DNA from: Planctomycetota bacterium
Lineage (GTDB): Bacteria > Planctomycetota > J058 > JAJDCQ01
Reading direction: 5' to 3'
Assembly: GCA_029260755.1 (NCBI GenBank)
Contig: JAJDCQ010000115.1
Location: forward strand, 24,929-88,928
Length of the DNA: 64,000 nt
Part shown: one piece after another, positions 45,336 through 52,849 of the stretch
Numbering within the stretch: position 1 is the stretch's first letter
How the letters are laid out: the number at the start of each line of letters is the position of its first letter
Translations under genes and position numbers: made by a program
Notes under the pieces: model-generated
What the model saw: only the letters and a program-made list of their open reading frames with translations
What the model was told of the DNA's origin: nothing
Database searches by the model: none

Positions 45336-47735
45336 ATGCCGGTGAACGACGACGCGAAGAGGGTCGGCTCCGACCCGGCCGCCGGCGCCCGCGCCCTCGC
45401 GCTCGGCGCGCTGGCCGCCTTCGTCGTCGTCCGCCTCCACGTCTCGGGGCTCGCCAGCCACTTCGACTCCCCGAGCACGAACGCGGCGATCGAGACGATC
45501 GGATGGATGGCGGTCGCCCTGACCCTCCTCGCGTCGCTGCTGGGGAGCTCGGCGCCGGGGGGCCCGACGCGGCCCGCGGGGAGGTCGACGATCCCGGCGA
45601 TCGTTCCGGTCGGACTGATCGCCTTCGTCGTCGTCTGCGCGGTCAGCGCGCTGCGCGCCCCGCACGCCGATGTCGCCATCCGGACGGCGGTCTCGTGGAC
45701 GACGCATCTCGCCGTCGCGGCGGCCGCGTTCGCGCTCGTCCGCTCCGATCGGGCCGCCCTCCGCGAGGTCGTCGCCCTCCTCGGCGCGACGGCGCTCAGC
45801 GCCGCCCTCCTCGGCCTCTACGAGTACACCGTCGAGTGGGACGAGATGCGCCGGTTCTACGAGACGGCCGAGGGGCGGGCGGCCGCGTTCGTCCCCGCGA
45901 ATCTCCGGGGCGCGTTCGAAGGTCGCCTCTACGAGCGGGCCGCGATGGGTCCGTTCCTGATCTCGAACCTCCTCGGCGCGTTCATCGCGGTCGCTGCGCC
46001 CTTCGCGATCGCCCCGCTCACCGCCCTCGCCGCTCGACCGGGCCGCGCCGGCGGCGTCCGCGGCGTCGCGATCGCCGGGCTCGTCGCGACCGTCGCGATC
46101 GGGGTCGCCGGCCTGCTGGTGACGAAGTCCAAGGGCGCCCTCATCGCGGCGGCGGCCGCCGCCGCGGTCGCCGCGCTCGTCGTCGCCTTCCGGAAGAGCC
46201 GGCGGACGGGGGCGATCGCCGGCGCGGTGCTCGTCGTCGCGGGCGGCGGCGTCCTCGGCGCCGGCATCCATCGCTGGCGAACGCTTCCGGACTCCGGCGT
46301 CGCCCTCTCGCTCCAGTATCGCCTCGAGTATGCCCAGGCCGCCCTCGGGATGGCCGCGGACCACCCGCTCGGCGGCGTCGGCCTCGGCAACTTCGGGGAC
46401 CGGTTCTCGGAGTATCGGCCGGACCGAGCCGAGGAGACCCGGTTCGCCCACGACGACGCGCTCCAGGTCCTCGCGGAGACCGGGGCGCCCGGGATCATCG
46501 CGATCGCCATCGCCGTCGTCGGCGTGCTCGTCGTCCTGCTCCGCGGTCTGACCGGACCGACCAGGGCCGAGCCCGACGGCGAACGAGCGGCCGAGCCCGG
46601 CGCGGGAGCGGTCGACGCGGCGAGCGCGTCGATGCCCCCCGCCGCGACCACGGCCGCGACGACGTCCGCCGCGACCGCGCCGGGGAGTGCAGGAGCGGGC
46701 GACCGCAGCCCGTTCGTCGCCACCCTCGTCGGCATCCTCTTCGGCGCGACGACGCTGGTCGGACTGCTCGGTCGCTACGCCGAGCCCGACGCGGCGCTCC
46801 GGGTGACGGCCATCGTGCTGCTCGCCTGGGCGTCGCTGCGCCTGGCGGTCGCCGCCCTCGCCGACGCTGCCCCGCTCGCGCTCCGGATCGCCGCCCTCTC
46901 GAGCGCGGCCGCGCTCGGGGTGAGCAGCCTGCTCGACTTCCCGTCCTACGCGCACGGCCTCCAGGCCGCCGCCGCGCTCGTGATCGCGATCGGGCTCGCC
47001 CTCGCGCCGGCGGCGTCGGCAGCCTCCGAGCGGCCCGCGTGGCAGCCGCCGCGCGCGGTGATCGGCGGGCTCGCCCTCGGCGCCACGGCGATCGCGCTGG
47101 TGCTCTGCCTCGGCTATCTGCGGCCGCTCCTGGCCGCCGACCTCGCCGCGGTCGACGGCCGGGAGGCGTTCCGCGAGGCGCTCACGCCGAGCAGCGTCCT
47201 CGACCCCGACGCTCCCGACGAGGCGAGCCGGCGCGAGCGCCTCGACGCGGCCGCGGTGAGCTACGCCGAGGCCCGCGCCCACTGGCCTCGCGGGCTGCGC
47301 CTCGCCCTGGGCGAGGCGACCGCGCGCCTCGCCCGACACAAGATCGGGCGCGACCCGGGCGACCGGGCCGCGGCGATCGCCGCCCTCGACGACGCGGTCG
47401 CCCTCGCGCCCTACCACGCGGGCGTCGCCGCGCGCCTCGGCGAGGCGCACCTGGCCGGCTGGCGGCCGTGGCCCGAGAGCGTCGAGCCGCCGCCGCCCGA
47501 GGCGATCGAGGCCTACGAGCAGGCGATCACGCTCTACCCGAGCCACCCCGGCTACCGCCTGACGACGGCGATCCTGCTCGACGCCGCGGGCCGACGGGAG
47601 GAGGCGGCCGAGCAGGCGCGCGAGGCGCTCCGGATGACCGACCGGGTGCGGAACTACCGGCTGCTGCTCGGGCCGGGCGAGCGAGCGCTCGCGGCGTCGA
47701 TCGCGGCGGGGGAGGGGATCCCCGGTCGTCGGTGA
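45336..47735 (+). CDS. O-antigen ligase/Wzy_C-family membrane protein with C-terminal TPRs
   Basis: Many TM helices, GPF..SN, TKSKGA, R..Y..AAL.M..DHPLGGVGLGNF, AHDD.LQ.LAETG; TPR-like tail. Confidence 0.85.
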   Translation: MPVNDDAKRVGSDPAAGARALALGALAAFVVVRLHVSGLASHFDSPSTNAAIETIGWMAVALTLLASLLGSSAPGGPTRPAGRSTIPAIVPVGLIAFVVVCAVSALRAPHADVAIRTAVSWTTHLAVAAAAFALVRSDRAALREVVALLGATALSAALLGLYEYTVEWDEMRRFYETAEGRAAAFVPANLRGAFEGRLYERAAMGPFLISNLLGAFIAVAAPFAIAPLTALAARPGRAGGVRGVAIAGLVATVAIGVAGLLVTKSKGALIAAAAAAAVAALVVAFRKSRRTGAIAGAVLVVAGGGVLGAGIHRWRTLPDSGVALSLQYRLEYAQAALGMAADHPLGGVGLGNFGDRFSEYRPDRAEETRFAHDDALQVLAETGAPGIIAIAIAVVGVLVVLLRGLTGPTRAEPDGERAAEPGAGAVDAASASMPPAATTAATTSAATAPGSAGAGDRSPFVATLVGILFGATTLVGLLGRYAEPDAALRVTAIVLLAWASLRLAVAALADAAPLALRIAALSSAAALGVSSLLDFPSYAHGLQAAAALVIAIGLALAPAASAASERPAWQPPRAVIGGLALGATAIALVLCLGYLRPLLAADLAAVDGREAFREALTPSSVLDPDAPDEASRRERLDAAAVSYAEARAHWPRGLRLALGEATARLARHKIGRDPGDRAAAIAALDDAVALAPYHAGVAARLGEAHLAGWRPWPESVEPPPPEAIEAYEQAITLYPSHPGYRLTTAILLDAAGRREEAAEQAREALRMTDRVRNYRLLLGPGERALAASIAAGEGIPGRR

Positions 47736-47825
47736 CGGTGATCGATCGACGGCAGCGCTGACGATGACCGACTTCGTCGATCGGTGAAGACGACGGCTCG
47801 CGCTCCGCTCGCCGAGCGTGCTACG

Positions 47826-50800
47826 ATGCCTCCCGTCATGGCGATGAGGCCGGTCGAAGCGAGCGCCCAGGAGCTTCTCGAGCTCGCTTTCAGCGATGAC
47901 CTCACCGGCCTTCGCAACCGCCGCTACTTCTATCACTACCTCTCCGAGAAGATCGAGGCCGCCGGCCCCCAGCCCCAGCCGCTCGCGCTCTGCCTGATCG
48001 ACCTCGACTCGCTCAAGCCGGTCAACGACACCCTCGGCCACGTCGCCGGCGACCGGCTCCTCGCCCGCGTCGCCCACCTGATCCGCGACACCGTCGGCGA
48101 CGAGGGGCTCGCGGTCCGCTACGCCGGCGACGAGTTCGCGATCGTGCTCCCCGGCCGGACCGTCGACGAGGCGGTCGCCCTCGGCGAGCGCGTCCGCGAG
48201 CGCGTCGCGAGCGACCCGTTCTCCGCCCTCGACCTCCCGCCGACGATTCGACCGACCCTCTCGGCCGGCGTCGCCGTCTTCCCGCACGACGCGACCGGGT
48301 GCGAGGAGCTCGTCGATGTCGCCGATCAGGCCCTCTACGCGAGCAAGCGCGCCGGCAAGAACCGCGTCACCCGCGCCGGCTCCGCCGCCTCCGCCGCGCC
48401 CACGGGACGATCGCCGACCGCCGCGACGACGGGCCCGGGCGCGGGCGCCGCCCCGCCACGCGCCGTCGACCGAACCGTCACGCCGGGTCGGGCGCCCCGG
48501 CCGACCGCCGATCCGGGACGCGGCTCGCCCCTCCCGGTCGCCCGACCGCTCATCGGACGCGACGCGGCCGTCTTCGAGGCGATGACCGCGCTCGACCGGC
48601 TCACCCGGCGCGAGCCCGGCCTCGCCCTGCTCTTCTGCGGGCCGAGCGGCCGGGGCAAGTCGCGGATGTGCCGCGAGGTGGCGCGCCTCGCGACGAGCCG
48701 CGGGCTGGCGGTCACCGCCGGCGGCGGGCACGAGGCCGACCGGGGGGAGCCGTTCCGCGCCTTCGCCCGCCTGATCGACAAGGTGCTCGGCGACGACCCC
48801 GTCATGAGGCGCCGCGTCGAGGCCGAGGTCGCGCCGTTCCGCCGGGCGGTCCTCACCGAGATCCTCTCGGAGATCTCCGCGGACCGGAGCGACGCCATCG
48901 ACGGCGCCGCGTCCGACGACGAGAGCGAGACCCTGGCCGCCGTCCGCGGGATGACCGACGTCCTCGCCGTGATCGGGCGCGTCCGACCGACCGTCCTGAT
49001 CCTCGACGACCTCGAGCACGCCGACCGCGGATCGCTCTCCGTGATCGTCCGCTGGGTCGAGACGCGGGGACGCGGCGTCCTCCTCGTGGGGTCGGCGAAC
49101 GCGGCGCTCGGCGGCCAGGAGTGGAGCGAGGCGGCGAAGCGCATCGGTGCCCGCCGGGCGGAGGCCCGGATCGTCGAGCTCTCCGCCCTCGACCGTCCCC
49201 GGACATCGGCCCTGATCGCCTCGTCGTTCCGGGGGAGCACCCCGCCCGACGCGGTCGTCGATCGCGTCTTCACGCTCACCCGCGGCGAGCCGGTCCACAT
49301 CGAGGCGGCGGCGCGGTCGCTCTCCACCTCGGGCGGCGTCGTCCTGCGTCCGAGCGGCGATGCCGAGTTCGGACCGGGCGCGGCGGCCGGCCTCCCGGCG
49401 TCCCGCGAGCAGCTCGTCGAGGCCGACCTCGCGGCGACCGACGGCCCGGTCCGCGAGCTCCTCGAGCAGGCGAGCGTGATCGGAAAGCGCTTCGATCTCG
49501 AGCTGCTCCGCCGCGTCGTCCTCCGGAGCGAGGGCGAGGCGCTCGACCTGCTCGAGGAGGCGCGCCGCCTCCACCTGCTCCGCGACGCCCTCTGGAGCGC
49601 GGGCGCCGACTTCGAGTTCGCGAGCCCGCAGCATCGCGAGCACACCTACCGCCGCACCGATCCCTACCGACGGCGGCGGACGCATCTGATCGTGGCGCAA
49701 GCGCTCGCGGCGCGGCTCGGATCGGACGCGACGGGGCGCGGCGCCGCCCTGATCGCGTGGCACAGCCGTCAGGGCGGGGACCTCGAGGCGGCCGCCGACC
49801 TCGAGGCGATCGTGGCCGCCCGTCGCGACCGATTGACCGACCTGCGCGACCTCGCGGCTCCGCCCGAGCCGCGACCGGAGACCGACGCCGACGGGAGCCG
49901 CGAGGGCGGGTCGGTCGACGCGGCCGTCGCGGTCGAGCTCGTCGCCGGGCTCGCCGCGGCGGTCCGGGCGCACAAGCTCTATCCGCCCGGATCGCGGAGC
50001 TGTCGCGACGCGCTCGCCACCCTCGCGCGCCGGGTCGGCGAGGCGCACGCCGAGGCCAGCGCCATCACCCTCACCGCCGATGGTCCGCGGCTGGCCTGTA
50101 ACGGTCAGCCGCTCCGCGATCCCGCGCCTCCGCCGGTCGCGACGCGGTGGTTGATCGAGACGCTCACCGGCGGCGAGGCCAGCAGCCTCACCATCGCGGC
50201 GCGGGTGAGCCGCGACTCGCTCGCCAGCCTCGTCGCCGTCCTCGCCGAGACGCGGCGCGGGCCCGAGGGTCGGGGTCAGGCGGACCTCGAGGGCCGACTC
50301 GGCGAGCTCGTGCGCGTCTCGGCGACCGCCGCCGGCGCGGCCGAGCGTCCTCGAGCGACCCCGCCGCCGGCCCCGGTCGGGCCCGCGCCCGGTCCGCGCG
50401 CCGCGCCGGCCGACGACGCCCTCTCACCACCGCCCGCCTCGAGCCGGCCGCCCGCGGTCGACCTCTTCGGCCTTCCGCCCGAGCAGCTCGTCGATCGGCT
50501 CGGGCGGCTCGTCACCGACGAGCGCCTCGACGTCGCGCGGTCGGAGCTCGAGCGGCTCGGCGCCGCCCTCGCCGAGAGCGCGCGGCGCGGCGCGGCGGCC
50601 GAGCGCCTCGGCGCGATCATCGACCGCGCCCCTCCGGCGCTCCGCGACACCGCCCGATCGATCCTCCGCGAGCGCCTCGGCGACGCGCTCGGCATCGAGA
50701 GCGACGAGGCGCGCTTCGACGCGCTCCTCGACCTCGCCGACCGTGCCGTCCCCGCCCTCCTCGCGCGAGGCGACGTGGCCGGCGCGACGCGGATCATCTG

Positions 50801-51617
50801 GGCGGCCGGCCGACGCGCCCGCGAGGGTCTGGTCGAACGCGGGCGCCCTCGCCTCGAGCGCTGGCTCGGCGGCGCGTCCGGCGAGCCGATCTGGACCGCC
50901 CTGGCCGAGGGAACCGCGGCGGAGCGCGAGGCGGCTCAGACGCTCCTCGAGGGGGCCGGCGACGCCGCCCTGCCGGGCCTCGTGGCGCTCGCCCGACGCC
51001 CTCTCTCGCCGGCGGGAGAGACGGCCGTCCGGAGCCTCGCCCGCGTCCTGGGCATCGGGGCGGCCGCGGCCCTCGCGGCCGAGATCACGCCGACCCTCGA
51101 CGAGGCGAGCGCCGCCCGCCTCCTCGATCGCGCGCTCGCGGCGGGCGAGGGCGCCGACGCGGTCCTCCGTCGGGCGGCCAGCGCCACCCTCCCCGGCCTC
51201 CGCGCGACGGCGCTCACCCGCGCCGCCGAGCTCGATCCCAAGCTGCTCGTCGAGCTCGCCGGCGCGATCCTGACCGACGCCCCGACCGAGCTCCGCGTCG
51301 TCGCGCTCGACGCGCTCGGCTCCTGCCGCACCGACGCGGCCCGCGACCTGATCCTCGCGACGCTCGCGACCGACGACGGGGACGACGACGTCGCCCGCGC
51401 GTGCTGCGTCGCGCTCGGACGCGCCCCGGACGCCCGCGCGGTCGACCCGTTGATCGCGATCGCCCGCGGCGAGGCATCCGGCGGCGTGCGGGAGGCGTCC
51501 GCCTGGGCGCTTGGCCAGCAGGCCGACCCGCGCGCCCGCTCGGCGCTCGAGGCGCTCGCCGCGGGCGACGATGCGCTCGCCGCGACGGCGCGCCTGCTCC
51601 TCGCCGACGGTGGCTGA
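47826..51617 (+). CDS. GGDEF - STAND-type AAA ATPase - HEAT repeat protein
   Basis: DDLTGL.NRR, DLDSLKPVNDTLGH.AGD, RYAGDEF, ADQALY.SK..GKN; LIGR, Walker A GPSGRGKS, Walker B LILDDLE, ASVIG..F; HEAT tail. Start uncertain (47784-47838). Confidence 0.88.
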   Translation: MPPVMAMRPVEASAQELLELAFSDDLTGLRNRRYFYHYLSEKIEAAGPQPQPLALCLIDLDSLKPVNDTLGHVAGDRLLARVAHLIRDTVGDEGLAVRYAGDEFAIVLPGRTVDEAVALGERVRERVASDPFSALDLPPTIRPTLSAGVAVFPHDATGCEELVDVADQALYASKRAGKNRVTRAGSAASAAPTGRSPTAATTGPGAGAAPPRAVDRTVTPGRAPRPTADPGRGSPLPVARPLIGRDAAVFEAMTALDRLTRREPGLALLFCGPSGRGKSRMCREVARLATSRGLAVTAGGGHEADRGEPFRAFARLIDKVLGDDPVMRRRVEAEVAPFRRAVLTEILSEISADRSDAIDGAASDDESETLAAVRGMTDVLAVIGRVRPTVLILDDLEHADRGSLSVIVRWVETRGRGVLLVGSANAALGGQEWSEAAKRIGARRAEARIVELSALDRPRTSALIASSFRGSTPPDAVVDRVFTLTRGEPVHIEAAARSLSTSGGVVLRPSGDAEFGPGAAAGLPASREQLVEADLAATDGPVRELLEQASVIGKRFDLELLRRVVLRSEGEALDLLEEARRLHLLRDALWSAGADFEFASPQHREHTYRRTDPYRRRRTHLIVAQALAARLGSDATGRGAALIAWHSRQGGDLEAAADLEAIVAARRDRLTDLRDLAAPPEPRPETDADGSREGGSVDAAVAVELVAGLAAAVRAHKLYPPGSRSCRDALATLARRVGEAHAEASAITLTADGPRLACNGQPLRDPAPPPVATRWLIETLTGGEASSLTIAARVSRDSLASLVAVLAETRRGPEGRGQADLEGRLGELVRVSATAAGAAERPRATPPPAPVGPAPGPRAAPADDALSPPPASSRPPAVDLFGLPPEQLVDRLGRLVTDERLDVARSELERLGAALAESARRGAAAERLGAIIDRAPPALRDTARSILRERLGDALGIESDEARFDALLDLADRAVPALLARGDVAGATRIIWAAGRRAREGLVERGRPRLERWLGGASGEPIWTALAEGTAAEREAAQTLLEGAGDAALPGLVALARRPLSPAGETAVRSLARVLGIGAAAALAAEITPTLDEASAARLLDRALAAGEGADAVLRRAASATLPGLRATALTRAAELDPKLLVELAGAILTDAPTELRVVALDALGSCRTDAARDLILATLATDDGDDDVARACCVALGRAPDARAVDPLIAIARGEASGGVREASAWALGQQADPRARSALEALAAGDDALAATARLLLADGG

Positions 51618-51691
51618 CGTCGACGCGCGCTTTCATTGCTGACGACGTCGCGCGCTTGATGACCCCATCGCCGTGTGAGAACCCGAACCCT

Positions 51692-51790
51692 GGCGACTCG
51701 TAATCCGCGTAATCCGCGTAATCCGCGGTTCCCACTGGTTCAACGCCGAGAGAGACCGAACCGCGGATTTCACGGATTGCACGGATTGAT
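51692..51790. repeat. Palindromic intergenic repeat, family A copy 4 (opposite orientation)
   Basis: The spacer is the near reverse complement of the copy 3 spacer; lies between convergent genes. Confidence 0.9.
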
Positions 51791-51890
51791 TGTTCCTGGA
51801 ACGGACGTAGGCGTCGGCGACGAGCGCAATGCGAAACGGGCCCGATCGTGTCGGGCCCGTCGCGCATCTCGATCGACGTGGGCCGACGCG

Positions 51891-52808
51891 TCAGTCGCCC
51901 GCGAGCAGCTTCTCCACCTCGGCGTCGAGGTCCTTCGCGGCGACGTCCATCGCCACGACCTCACCCTTCCCGTTCACGATCATCAGGAACGGGACGTGGA
52001 TGATGCCCATCTCATTGTAGAGCGCGGCGTTGAAGCCCTCGCCGTCGTAGACGACGTTCGGGAAGGTCAGCCCCTTCTCATCGACGACCTTCTTCGCGAC
52101 GGCGCCGCTGCGGTCGACCGAGAGACCGATCGTCTGGAGACCCTTGTCGCGGAACTTGTCATGGACCCGCTGGACCAGCGGGAGCTCCGACATGCAGTGG
52201 CCTCACGTGCTCGCCCAGCTCATGATGATCTTCGGCTTGCCGTCGGCGAGCTCCACCCGGAGCGTGTCGTCCGCTCCCGCGACCGGTCCGTAGACGACCC
52301 GGACCTGCTTCATGATGCGATCGTAGAACTCGACGTAGCGAGGATGACGGATCTCGCGCAGCATCCGTCCGAGGAAGAGACGGACCGACGGCTCGACGTC
52401 GGGGCCGAGGCCGTCCTTCTCCGCCCGTTCGAAGACGGCCATCCCCTCCTTCACCCGGTTGCCCGACGCGGCGAACCGGACGACCTGGATCGTGAGGATG
52501 ACCTCGGCCCGCTTCCCGCCCTCGTCCGCGCCGTTGTCCGCCCGCCACGCGCGGAGGCGGTCGAGGACGCCCTGCAGCTCGGCGCTCATGTTTCCGAGCG
52601 TTCTCGTGACGCCCTTCTCGTCGCGCGCCATCGAGAACTTCCGGGCCTCCTCGCGATACTTCTCGCTGACCTCCCGCATGGCCGCGTCCGCCTCGGCGGG
52701 CGTGAGCGGTGTCTCGTCGTCGGCGCGGCTCGGAACGAGCGCGCCGCCCGCGAGGGCGACGAGGACGACGACCGTCGCGACCGTCGTCGGCACTCGGAGT
52801 CTCCTCAT
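51891..52808 (-). CDS. Exported TlpA/ResA-like thioredoxin-fold protein, probable selenoprotein (Sec at TGA 52203-52205)
   Basis: Two track ORFs are in frame across a single TGA: IIMSWAST-U-GHCMSELP...GL..IGLSVD...HVP...VNGKGEV. GAGGAG RBS, signal peptide; 305 aa with readthrough. Confidence 0.88.
52156..52192 (-). promoter_or_regulatory. Bacterial SECIS-like hairpin
   Basis: CCCGCUG-GUC-CAGCGGG starts 21 nt after the UGA, with lower pairings GGA/UCC and UGUC/GACA. Confidence 0.7.
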
Positions 52809-52849
52809 GAGATGCTCCTCTCTCCGGACCGGGCTCCCGGAACGGAAGC

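Noticed and set aside
45288..50048. 1586-aa minus-strand ORF (likewise 30794-34045, 55604-58531 and other R/P/G-rich track ORFs)
   Set aside because: They overlap motif-supported genes on the other strand or frame and carry no recognisable motifs.
51891..52808. Pseudogene or two separate genes
   Set aside because: The only interruption is a TGA at the catalytic Cys position followed by a SECIS-like hairpin; Sec readthrough is more parsimonious.
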